Positions 39,270 through 48,049 of a DNA stretch of 64,000 nt are shown piece after piece; within the stretch, counting starts at the first letter, position 1; each line of letters begins with the position of its first letter. This DNA comes from an uncultured Candidatus Saccharibacteria bacterium (lineage in GTDB: Bacteria; Patescibacteriota; Minisyncoccia; Minisyncoccales; CG1-02-41-26), in contig CAZOJF010000001.1 in NCBI GenBank assembly GCA_964580085.1, positions 1,607 to 65,606 of the forward strand, in the 5' to 3' direction. Under the pieces are notes generated by a model. The model did not search any database, was not told where the DNA came from, and worked only from the letters and a program-made list of their open reading frames with translations. The position numbers and the translations under genes were made by a program.

Positions 39270-39671
39270 ATGTCTGAACAAGCAGTAGCAGAAAATCAAT
39301 CCGGGGCAACAAGGCTAATGGAAAACATTTTTTCCATAGAGGGAATTATGATGTTGTCTTTTGCTGCTTTTATTGATGTAGGAGAAGCTGTTTTTGAACT
39401 CATCCCCGTAGTCGGAACAATTATTTCGGCAATACTTGACATTATTGCTTTAATATTTATTGGTCTTTTTTGGATGCGTCTATTCAGAGGGCACGGAATA
39501 ACTGCTACTAAAAAAACTGGTTCTGTATTAAAAAAAATAGCAAAAACCGGGAAAAAATATAAATGGTTAAAACCTTTTTGTATGATTTTTGAAATGATAC
39601 CTATTGCTTCAAGTATTGCCCCTTTGTGGGTAGTGGCTGTATTGCTTGAGCTATCGTCTAGAGAAGATTGA
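39270..39671 (+). CDS. Hypothetical small membrane protein (2-3 TM) in the T4SS-like operon
   Basis: 133 aa with hydrophobic helices (IMMLSFAAFIDVGEAVFELIPVVGTIISAILDIIALIFIGLFW). Confidence 0.4.
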   Translation: MSEQAVAENQSGATRLMENIFSIEGIMMLSFAAFIDVGEAVFELIPVVGTIISAILDIIALIFIGLFWMRLFRGHGITATKKTGSVLKKIAKTGKKYKWLKPFCMIFEMIPIASSIAPLWVVAVLLELSSRED

Positions 39672-39684
39672 AAAAATATTTATT

Positions 39685-42411
39685 ATGGCTATCAGTCCTA
39701 AAATAAAAAAACAAATTATATTTATAATATTGGGTATTATTTTTATATCTTGTTTTTATTTGATATGGAGAACATTTATACCCCAAACAAATACTCCTCC
39801 TCCTGAGGAAAAAATTGAATATGAAAAAAAAGATCTTGTTTATTTCCAAATACCTATTGGGAAAATAGTTGAAAATATTGTTTTGAGCAAAGAAGCTGAA
39901 GAAAAAACTGATGAGATTAAAGCCCGAATAAAAGATGTCCGAGATTCATCTGAAAAATTAAAAGATCTTTCTCAAGAGCTAAAGAAACTTACGGATGAAT
40001 GCACTTGTGGCCAATCTTCTTGCCAAGAAGTTGAATGTAAAAATGGATGTTGTTGCCAAGCGCAAGGATGTTCAGCAATAAATACTTGTTCAAAGCCAGA
40101 GGGATGTTTTATAGAAAGCCCTGGTTGTGACCTTTCAAGTGCTTGCCCAGAATCAAATTGCGATATAGAAAAAATCGAAGAAAAAACGCATGAAATGGAA
40201 GAGTTAATAAACAAAATTGAACAAGAACAAAAAAAAATGTTAGTTGCCCAGCTCTCTATAACTAACGATTATCTAAATTTGAACAAAGTCAAAACAATGA
40301 TTTCTTCAACTACAGAGGCTATTGACTATGAAACCTTTTTTAATAGGAAAGATCTGATTCAAATTGAGAACCAAGAAGAAGTTAAAATAGAAACTTTTTA
40401 TGGCTGGCCAAATACTCCCACGATCGAAAAACAGGGACAGACGTTTTTTGATCCGGCTACTATATATTTTGATAAAACAGAAATAAAAAATGAAAACATT
40501 ATTAGCGCGTCTACATGCTTTGAATTATTCATGATTATCTCCAACCAATCCCCAGATAAAATTGCTAAAATAATGGATGAAAACGCTAAAGAAGTTCTGG
40601 GGAAGATAAACTTTGGAGAATTAATACCATCTGCCGACAGAACAAATGAAATCATACAAAAAACAACCAAGGAAACTATCTCTTCTTTCTCTAATAACTT
40701 GTCTGAAAAAATGTCTGATATGCTTTCCGCGAGAATAGCTGAAGCTATTGTAGAAGAAATGAAAGGAGATTCTGGAATTAAAGCCAATTTACCCGTCAAA
40801 TTAATCGAGCCCATGTCTGTTATATTGCTTAAAGAATTACCGGCCGAATTAAAAACTATTTTTGAGGTCGAAATAAAAACAAATGTTTTAAATATTTTGG
40901 CCAACACTGATTTATTTTCACCTAGAATAAGCAACTTATTTTTTGAAAAATTAGAAAAATTTATTCCTGCTGACCTAGCAAATATTCTTTCTCAAAACAT
41001 TGGGAAGATATTGCCCAATAAGCTCATGGGATTAATAAATGAAGATATTATTAAGGAATTATTTAAATTGAACTTGGATGAAACTCTTTCTAATAAAATA
41101 TTGCAAAGAATAAATTCAACCTTAGATATTTCTCTGTTAGATGAGATTGATCAGCCTCTACACTTAAGTTTGACAAATAGTCTATACCCCGGGATAGAAA
41201 ACTTTTTATCTGAAAATATGCCTCAAACCCTCGGTTTCTCGTTCTCAAATAAAGAAGAGTTAACTATTAATATCCATAAAATCTTGGAAGAAAATTTATT
41301 CGATATTTTACACAAGCACTTAGAAACTGAATTAACCTTGAAACAAGCTCGGGACTTTTCTTTGGCTCTGTCTAATTCCGAGATCCTTCAGAAAAAACTT
41401 GAAGAAGACATCTCTAAAAACTTTGACTCAATGATAGAAGAGAATATTGAAAAAATAAAAAAAGAAATATCATATAATATTTCGGACAAAATATCTTTGG
41501 AAATGTCCCCTGAAATAACTAATTTAGCACTGGAAGAGTTTTCTATTAAGGTCTCCAAAGACCTAGGAAAGATTATTTCTTCGGCAATATCAAAAACCGT
41601 TGAACAAGGAATACTTTTGAATTCTCTTTATGAGGTTTTCCCTTCGTTTGAACAAAAAAACTCTAATGAAGATAAAATCTTTTATCCCCAAGACTGCAAA
41701 TTTATGTTGCCCGGGATAAACTCTTCTGCTAAAGAAGACGAACAATTTGAAGCTTGCTGGGGAACTAAAGCTATCTATGATTCTATTTCTGAACAAATTA
41801 ACGTGATGAACAAGATAATAGAATTAATTCAAGACTCTGAAAAAGGATGCAACCCTAATATTTGTTCCCCTCAGTGTGTAGATGCTACCTGTTATGCTAA
41901 AGATTTTTATTGTGGAGAATTTAAATTAGAAGAATTTTTAGGGGCCTGTAGTGAATGGCAAACATCTTATCCAAATGGGCCTTTGCCATGTAAAAGTGTA
42001 TATTCTGATTTTTATAATCAAAACGGAGAATTCAAAGCTTGTCCGTCTATTTATTTAGCAAACGAGTTGGTAAAAGAATACTATTTAAAGATTGAGGATG
42101 CTCATAAAAAAATAAACGAAATATTTAAAGAAAAATATGACCAAAAAAGTTCAAGTTTTAAAGAATTTATTGAAAAAATCGTTAAAAAGTCAGAACTAAT
42201 AAAAGAGCTCGGGAGTGAATTAACCCAGATGACCAACGAGTGTAAATGTAGCAAGACTTCTCTGTGTGAAAAAATTTCTCCTGGGTGCGAACCAAAAGGG
42301 TGCTCTCTTTCCAGCCAATGTTCTGAAACAGATATTAAAAATATCAACGAAAAAATTAACGATATTGAATATGCTATACAAGATTTATATTATAATGCCA
42401 AACAAAAATAA
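39685..42411 (+). CDS. Large cysteine-rich secreted/membrane-anchored protein
   Basis: N-terminal TM (IFIILGIIFISCFYLIW). Cys clusters CTCGQSSCQEVECKNGCCCQAQGCS and, near the C-terminus, GCNPNICSPQCVDATCY. Start set at the ATG at 39685; the ORF track used an upstream UUG at 39646 that overlaps the previous gene. Confidence 0.6.
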   Translation: MAISPKIKKQIIFIILGIIFISCFYLIWRTFIPQTNTPPPEEKIEYEKKDLVYFQIPIGKIVENIVLSKEAEEKTDEIKARIKDVRDSSEKLKDLSQELKKLTDECTCGQSSCQEVECKNGCCCQAQGCSAINTCSKPEGCFIESPGCDLSSACPESNCDIEKIEEKTHEMEELINKIEQEQKKMLVAQLSITNDYLNLNKVKTMISSTTEAIDYETFFNRKDLIQIENQEEVKIETFYGWPNTPTIEKQGQTFFDPATIYFDKTEIKNENIISASTCFELFMIISNQSPDKIAKIMDENAKEVLGKINFGELIPSADRTNEIIQKTTKETISSFSNNLSEKMSDMLSARIAEAIVEEMKGDSGIKANLPVKLIEPMSVILLKELPAELKTIFEVEIKTNVLNILANTDLFSPRISNLFFEKLEKFIPADLANILSQNIGKILPNKLMGLINEDIIKELFKLNLDETLSNKILQRINSTLDISLLDEIDQPLHLSLTNSLYPGIENFLSENMPQTLGFSFSNKEELTINIHKILEENLFDILHKHLETELTLKQARDFSLALSNSEILQKKLEEDISKNFDSMIEENIEKIKKEISYNISDKISLEMSPEITNLALEEFSIKVSKDLGKIISSAISKTVEQGILLNSLYEVFPSFEQKNSNEDKIFYPQDCKFMLPGINSSAKEDEQFEACWGTKAIYDSISEQINVMNKIIELIQDSEKGCNPNICSPQCVDATCYAKDFYCGEFKLEEFLGACSEWQTSYPNGPLPCKSVYSDFYNQNGEFKACPSIYLANELVKEYYLKIEDAHKKINEIFKEKYDQKSSSFKEFIEKIVKKSELIKELGSELTQMTNECKCSKTSLCEKISPGCEPKGCSLSSQCSETDIKNINEKINDIEYAIQDLYYNAKQK

Positions 42412-42416
42412 AAAAC

Positions 42417-43142
42417 ATGAAATTTTATTTTAAAATCCTGGGATTATTTTTAGTGTTGCTCTTAATTTATATTGGGGCCAACCTAGAAAAACAAAAAAAA
42501 GAAGTTTTTGCGGAAAACAAAACACTAGTTTGTAATACAAAAATTCCCATTGGAGAGGCCGTAGACGAGACATCCGATTTATTAAATAATGTATATGTTG
42601 AAATGAAGAACATCCACGACACTGTCCCTAGCCAAATAAATGCAGCAAAAGAAATGATTAAGGCTGTCCAAGCATGTAATCTTAAAAACTGTCAACCTGT
42701 TTGCGTTGATATAAGTTGTTATAGTTCTTCTTTAGGAGATGAAAACAACTTATGCTCCCCCAACTGCAAAACAAAATGTATTGCCAAAGAATGTCAGGGA
42801 AAAATTTGTCCTGATTTAGGATTAATTGATGATTTAATCAGCGATTATTTTGAAAAAATAGATAAGTCTTTTAAAGAAATAAATAATCTGTATGCTGAAA
42901 ATATTGAAAAAATTGACCAAAAAATAGAGTTATCCCGAAAAGAATTTAATAATTGTGCTCAGAATGAAACTGCGGAGACGATTAGATGCCAAGATATTTT
43001 TAATAAAAACTATACATTTTCTGTTGAAAAGATTAAAGAATGTGAAATTTTTTGTAAAGAAAATGAAAAAGCAGGAGAAATAACTTCTGCTTGCTTAAAA
43101 TGTCTTTGCTCTTCCTCTATAAATTATTTTTGTTGTGATTAG
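42417..43142 (+). CDS. Cysteine-rich secreted protein (shares a CxxNCxPxCVDxxCY motif with the upstream gene)
   Basis: N-terminal TM/signal sequence. ACNLKNCQPVCVDISCYSS...CSPNCKTKCIAKECQGKICPD. 241 aa. Confidence 0.55.
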   Translation: MKFYFKILGLFLVLLLIYIGANLEKQKKEVFAENKTLVCNTKIPIGEAVDETSDLLNNVYVEMKNIHDTVPSQINAAKEMIKAVQACNLKNCQPVCVDISCYSSSLGDENNLCSPNCKTKCIAKECQGKICPDLGLIDDLISDYFEKIDKSFKEINNLYAENIEKIDQKIELSRKEFNNCAQNETAETIRCQDIFNKNYTFSVEKIKECEIFCKENEKAGEITSACLKCLCSSSINYFCCD

Positions 43143-43144
43143 TC

Positions 43145-43636
43145 TTAATCTATTGATGGTATTATAACTATCTTTCGCATTGGTTCTTCGCCAATGCTTT
43201 TTGTTTCTACGTCTTGCCTCCTTGATAGTTCTAGATGAATAATTCTTCTTTCATAGCTAGACATGGGACTAAGAGTTTTTTCTTTTTTCGACGAAACAAC
43301 TTCATCTGCGAGGCCATTTGCTAACTCTCTTAAATATTCTTCTTTTCTTTGCTTATAATTGTTAATATCAAAGTCAATAAAAATATGTTCTTTGGTTTCA
43401 TCTTCTTCTTGATACAAAACTTTCCCCAGTATTCTTTTTAATAAATGCTGAATGTCCATTAATGTTTGGCCATCTTTCCCTATTAATATCTGCGGTTCTT
43501 GAGTCGTTAATCTTAAGGAAACCGTATTCTCTTTTTTTTGTTTGACTTCAACCTCTCCATCAATATCAAATCCCATCTTCCCTAAAAAGTTTTTTGTTTC
43601 CTGCCCAATTTTTTCTAAATCGTTTTGGTTAATCAT
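43145..43636 (-). CDS. jag: Jag/R3H-domain RNA-binding protein (KH + R3H)
   Basis: C-terminal SPMSSYERRIIHLEL is an R3H motif. Located next to yidC as in the canonical rnpA-yidC-jag operon. Confidence 0.7.
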   Translation of the reverse strand: MINQNDLEKIGQETKNFLGKMGFDIDGEVEVKQKKENTVSLRLTTQEPQILIGKDGQTLMDIQHLLKRILGKVLYQEEDETKEHIFIDFDINNYKQRKEEYLRELANGLADEVVSSKKEKTLSPMSSYERRIIHLELSRRQDVETKSIGEEPMRKIVIIPSID

Positions 43637-44364
43637 ATTTTTTGAACCTGTTGTTTCGCTTCTTTTTTCACTATATACTGTTCAGCAATAGAAAACAATA
43701 TAGAAACTATCCAATAAAGACCTATAATTGACCCAAATTGCCAAACAATGTAAACCGTGAATAATGGAAAGAAATAAATCATTTGGCTTTGCATTGTTTT
43801 AGAAAAGTCAGATCCTTTACTCTGAGCACCTTGTTTCGGTACCGTGGAAATCTTTAATTGGTAAAATTGTAATGCTCCAGCTAAAAATGCTAAAAATATA
43901 TTTGATTCTGTAAGAATAATTATCCCTAAAAAACTAAAATTAATTAGGCCGGGGTTATTAACAAAACCATAAAGAGATTCATTTAAAGCCTCTGGAGTAA
44001 GCCCTCTTAAAAAAACCTGGTAAAGAGCAATTAAAATTGGGAGCTGCAATAACATCGGTAAACATCCTGAAAATGGATTAATCTTTTCTTTTTGATAAAG
44101 CTCCATTAATAATTTTGTCTGTTTATTTTTATCGTCTTTATATTCTTTTTGTATTTCTTGAATTTTTGGCTGTAATTTTGTCAACGCTCTTTGGGACCTT
44201 ACCCCTCGGATAGAAGAAGGATGTAAAATAAGACGGATAATTAAGGTTAAAATGATTATAGCTATACCAAAATCATGTCCCGGAATATATTGGTAAAGTA
44301 AAATTAATCCATTTAATAATGGTTTGTATAATATTGAGTTGAAAGCCAGAGATAAAATATTCAT
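43633..44364 (-). CDS. yidC: Membrane protein insertase YidC (short form)
   Basis: 243 aa. Five-TM core with LLQLPILIALYQV and a basic C-terminal tail. Conserved synteny. Confidence 0.8.
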   Translation of the reverse strand: MNILSLAFNSILYKPLLNGLILLYQYIPGHDFGIAIIILTLIIRLILHPSSIRGVRSQRALTKLQPKIQEIQKEYKDDKNKQTKLLMELYQKEKINPFSGCLPMLLQLPILIALYQVFLRGLTPEALNESLYGFVNNPGLINFSFLGIIILTESNIFLAFLAGALQFYQLKISTVPKQGAQSKGSDFSKTMQSQMIYFFPLFTVYIVWQFGSIIGLYWIVSILFSIAEQYIVKKEAKQQVQKI

Positions 44365-44375
44365 ATATTATAATT

Positions 44376-44585
44376 TTATGGCAAATCTATTCCTCCTTGA
44401 TTCCAAGGATTGCATCTTAACACCCTCCAGAAGCCACGTATTAGCCCTCTAGACACTCCATATTTCTTAACCGCCTGATAACTGTATTCTGAACAAGAAG
44501 GGTAAAATCGACAATTTTTTCCTAAAATAGGAGAAATAAATTTTTGATAAAATCTTATTATTTTTAAAAATATTATCTTAAACAT
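44376..44585 (-). CDS. yidD: Membrane protein insertion efficiency factor YidD
   Basis: [34 protein letters not shown] is the canonical YidD sequence. 69 aa. Confidence 0.9.
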   Translation of the reverse strand: MFKIIFLKIIRFYQKFISPILGKNCRFYPSCSEYSYQAVKKYGVSRGLIRGFWRVLRCNPWNQGGIDLP

Positions 44586-44594
44586 ATTTTAAAT

Positions 44595-44948
44595 TTATTC
44601 AATATTTTTTTCTAAATTAGCTCGTTTTAAAACTTGCTTTACTATTTTTTCCATCTCTGAAAAATCTTTCTCTTTAATCCCTCTCTTAGTAAAAAAAATT
44701 AAATCATATCCTGGTTTAAGGTTGATTAAATTATTTTTTATTATTTCTCTTAACCTTCTTTTGATCTGGTTTCTTGAAGAGGCTTTTTTAGAAATCTTAT
44801 GGCTTACCACAAAACCTATTCTAGTTACATCTATAAGAGAATTTTCAAGAAACTTTAAAACTAAAAATGCTTTCTCTACTTTCTCCCCCTTTTTAATAAC
44901 TTTTTCAAAGTCCTTTTTTTTCTTAAGACAATTTTTTTTATTTAACAC
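44595..44948 (-). CDS. rnpA: Ribonuclease P protein component
   Basis: 117-aa basic protein with RIGFVVSHKISKKASSRNQIKRRLRE (RNR motif region). Lies between rpmH and yidD. Confidence 0.8.
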   Translation of the reverse strand: MLNKKNCLKKKKDFEKVIKKGEKVEKAFLVLKFLENSLIDVTRIGFVVSHKISKKASSRNQIKRRLREIIKNNLINLKPGYDLIFFTKRGIKEKDFSEMEKIVKQVLKRANLEKNIE

Positions 44949-44964
44949 AATAAATTTAGTTAAA

Positions 44965-45099
44965 TTAAACTGTCAATTTTTTTCTTCCTTTAGCAATCCT
45001 TCTCGCTAAAACCTTTTTGCCTCCTTTTGTTTTCTTTCTAGCCATAAAACCATGCGTCTTCTTCCTTTTTCTGTTTTTGGGTTTATATGTTATAGACAT
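44965..45099 (-). CDS. rpmH: 50S ribosomal protein L34
   Basis: The manual minus-strand translation [44 protein letters not shown] fits the L34 consensus (..RTFQPS..KR.R.HGFR.RM.T..GR.VL.RRRAKGRK.L). It is absent from the ORF track because it is under 60 aa. Confidence 0.85.
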   Translation of the reverse strand: MSITYKPKNRKRKKTHGFMARKKTKGGKKVLARRIAKGRKKLTV

Positions 45100-45321
45100 A
45101 TTATTAAATTAAAAATATAATAGACACAAGAATCTATATTATAGTAAAAGATTAACAGAAAACAATGTCTTCGTCAAATATTATAGGACTTGTTTGTAGG
45201 GCATATTCTTTTCCCGTCTTATCCACAGTTTATTGACAGATATTTAGTTTTTGTTGATTTTTATAGCTATTTGCTATATGCTGTAAATAAAAAGATAATA
45301 GAATAAAGGTTTTTATAAACT
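45100..45321. promoter_or_regulatory. Chromosomal replication origin region (oriC) with a consensus DnaA box
   Basis: A perfect TTATCCACA lies at 45219-45227 in an AT-rich 220-bp gap between rpmH and dnaA. Additional near-consensus boxes lie in the dnaA-dnaN gap (46687-46924), for example TGTGGATTA and TTATCCCC. Confidence 0.7.
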
Positions 45322-46686
45322 ATGATTAACAAAGAAGAACTCTGGCAAGCTGTTCTTGCCCAGACACAACTTAGCACATCTAGAGCTAGTTTTGCTACTT
45401 GGTTTTATAAAACTAAAATTGTCTCTATGGATAATGGAGAAATTTTAATTTCTGTTCCAAATTCTTTTTCCAAGGAATGGTTATCTAAAAAATATCATAA
45501 CTCCATCCTTAAAATTATCCGTAGTTTAAACAAAAACATCCGAACCATAAATTATGTTGTTAATTTAGAAAAGCCTCAAGGCCCCACGAAGAAAAAACAA
45601 CCGACAGAAGAATCAGAAATAAATCAATTGCGTCTTGATAGGTTTGAAATAAACCAAACAACAAATCTTAACCACCATTATACTTTTGACAATTTTGTAA
45701 TTGGTTCTTTTAACGAAACTGCTCACGCTGCTGCTTGGGCCGTCTCTGAAAATCCAGGATTCGATTATAACCCTCTTTTTATTTATGGCGGAGTTGGGCT
45801 GGGCAAAACACATCTTTTAGAGGCAACTGGGAATAAAATTCTGGAAAATTTTTCTAAGAAAAAAATCGTTTATGCCCCTGCGGAAAGATTTACCTCAAAA
45901 ATAGTGACAGCGATTAGAGAACACAAAATCGAAGAACTAAAAACAGAACTCCGAAACATTGATGTTTTAATTATGGACGATATCCAATTTCTAGCTGGGA
46001 AAGAAAAAACACAAGAAGAATTTTTTCATATTTTTAACGCTCTGCGTGAATCAAATAAACAAATAATATTATCTTCGGATAGGCCACCAAAAGCTATCCC
46101 GGCACTAGAAGAAAGATTAAGATCCCGATTTGAAGGTGGAATGATAATGGATATCGGCTTGCCCGATTTTGAGACTAGAATGGCTATATTAAAAACAAAA
46201 TGCGAAGAAAAGAATATTGAATTAAAAGGAGATGTTTTAGAATATATCGCTGCAAATATCCAAAAAAATATTAGAGAGATGGAAGGAGCCTTAAATAGGC
46301 TGTTGATTTTTAATAAAATGAATAATAAATCTCCGGACGTTGAAATTACTAAAAAACTCCTTCATAGTTTAATGCATTTTCCAGCTAGATCTACTAATTA
46401 TAAAAAAATTGTTCAGACGATAGCTCAATTTTATGATTTAAAAAAAGATGATCTTTTAGCTAAAACAAGAAGAAAAGAGATTGTTAGACCCCGACAGATT
46501 GCTATGTATTTACTAAGATCTGAATTAAAAGAATCATATCCGTCTATTGGTAGAAAATTTGGGGGGAAAGACCATACAACTGCAATTTATGCTTGTGAAA
46601 AAATATCCAAAGAAATGGAAAATAATCCTAATTTGATAAATGATGTTAATTTGATAAAACAAAGAATTTATAGTGGAACTATTTAA
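45322..46686 (+). CDS. dnaA: Chromosomal replication initiator protein DnaA
   Basis: Walker A GGVGLGKTHLL, Walker B LIMDDIQFL, a sensor II region, and the C-terminal DNA-binding signature (HTTAIYACEKI). 454 aa. Confidence 0.95.
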   Translation: MINKEELWQAVLAQTQLSTSRASFATWFYKTKIVSMDNGEILISVPNSFSKEWLSKKYHNSILKIIRSLNKNIRTINYVVNLEKPQGPTKKKQPTEESEINQLRLDRFEINQTTNLNHHYTFDNFVIGSFNETAHAAAWAVSENPGFDYNPLFIYGGVGLGKTHLLEATGNKILENFSKKKIVYAPAERFTSKIVTAIREHKIEELKTELRNIDVLIMDDIQFLAGKEKTQEEFFHIFNALRESNKQIILSSDRPPKAIPALEERLRSRFEGGMIMDIGLPDFETRMAILKTKCEEKNIELKGDVLEYIAANIQKNIREMEGALNRLLIFNKMNNKSPDVEITKKLLHSLMHFPARSTNYKKIVQTIAQFYDLKKDDLLAKTRRKEIVRPRQIAMYLLRSELKESYPSIGRKFGGKDHTTAIYACEKISKEMENNPNLINDVNLIKQRIYSGTI

Positions 46687-46924
46687 GTTTTTAATTGTGC
46701 AAAACCAGTAAATAAGTTATAGATTAAATGTGGATTATTTTATAGAAAAAACACTGGACGAAAAATATACATTAATATTAAACATTTTTTAACAATTATT
46801 TCACAACTTAAAAATATTATTTATCAATATTTTACATAGTTAAATCGTGTTATCCCCTAAAAATTGATACCTAATAATAACAATAACTTTATAAATTAAA
46901 TAATTAGTTATTATTAAAAAAAAT

Positions 46925-48049
46925 ATGAAAATAGAAATATTAAAAACAAATCTTAAAAAAGCATTAGACGTTATTGAAAAAATAACCAGAAAAAATTTAA
47001 CCTTACCCGCACTTAGTAATGTTTTATTATCTATTGATGGTAATTTTTTAAGATTAGATGCGACTAATCTAGAAATAAGTACTAGTTGGTGGATTTTAGC
47101 TAAAGTAGAAAAAGAAGGTAAAGTTGCTATTCCAGCAACATTTTTTTCCAATTTAGTTAATCTTTTAAAAGATGAAAAAATAAAACTAGAAACCCAAAAT
47201 CAAAATTTACTTTTAAAAACAGAAAATCAAACAACTCAAATTCATGGAATAGATCCTGAAGAATTTCCCATAATTCCTAAAATAGAAAAAGAAGAGATTA
47301 TAATAATGTCTAATAAAAAATTATTAGAATCCCTAAAGCAAATTATTGAAATTCCCTCTATTTCTCAAATTAGACCAGAAATATCAGGTATTTATTTTTC
47401 CTTTAAAAAGAATTTATTAAAAATTGTAGGTACAGATAGTTTTAGATTAGCGGAAAAAAGTATTAATTTAAAAACAAAAAGTAAAAAAGATATTTCTTTT
47501 ATAGTCCCCCAAGACGCCATTAGGGAATTAATTAATATATTAGAACAGGAAGATCAAAATATAATAATATATTATTCTCAAAATCAGATTTTATTCGAGA
47601 ACGAGAAAAAAGAGGCCTCATGTCCTCATATCCAAATTCTTTCTCGCTTAATAGAGGGAGAATATCCAAATTATCAAGAAATTATTCCTAAAAAATATAA
47701 GACAGAAATTGTAGTCAAAAAAGATGAATTTGAAAACCAATTAAAACAAGCTGGGTTATTTAGCGGTAAAATTTCCGAAGTTAAATTGACAGTTGATATT
47801 AAAAAGAAAAAAGTAAAAATATATTCCGAGAGTCCAGAAATAGGAAAAAATGAATCATATATATCAGCGAAAATAAAAGGCGAGGATATGAATGTTTCTT
47901 TTAATTATAAATTTCTAATTTCTGGTTTACAAAATATAAAAAGCTCAGAAGTAATTTTTGAGCTTAATGGAGACGAAGGACCTGGTGTTTTAAAGCCAGT
48001 TGGAGATGAAAACTATATTTATGTATCTATGCCCATTAAATTAAATTAA
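46925..48049 (+). CDS. dnaN: DNA polymerase III beta subunit (sliding clamp)
   Basis: 374 aa with a three-domain beta-clamp layout. Located downstream of dnaA. MKIEILKTNLKKAL... Confidence 0.85.
   Translation: MKIEILKTNLKKALDVIEKITRKNLTLPALSNVLLSIDGNFLRLDATNLEISTSWWILAKVEKEGKVAIPATFFSNLVNLLKDEKIKLETQNQNLLLKTENQTTQIHGIDPEEFPIIPKIEKEEIIIMSNKKLLESLKQIIEIPSISQIRPEISGIYFSFKKNLLKIVGTDSFRLAEKSINLKTKSKKDISFIVPQDAIRELINILEQEDQNIIIYYSQNQILFENEKKEASCPHIQILSRLIEGEYPNYQEIIPKKYKTEIVVKKDEFENQLKQAGLFSGKISEVKLTVDIKKKKVKIYSESPEIGKNESYISAKIKGEDMNVSFNYKFLISGLQNIKSSEVIFELNGDEGPGVLKPVGDENYIYVSMPIKLN

Noticed and set aside
39646-39684. UUG/Met start at 39646 for the large Cys-rich protein
   Set aside because: It overlaps the preceding gene by 26 nt. 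An in-frame ATG at 39685 lies just downstream of that gene's stop and directly precedes the signal/TM segment.
44585-44965. Programmed overlap or frameshift between rnpA and yidD/rpmH
   Set aside because: The genes are simply closely spaced (9-16 nt gaps), as is usual for this operon. There is no slippery sequence or frame disruption.
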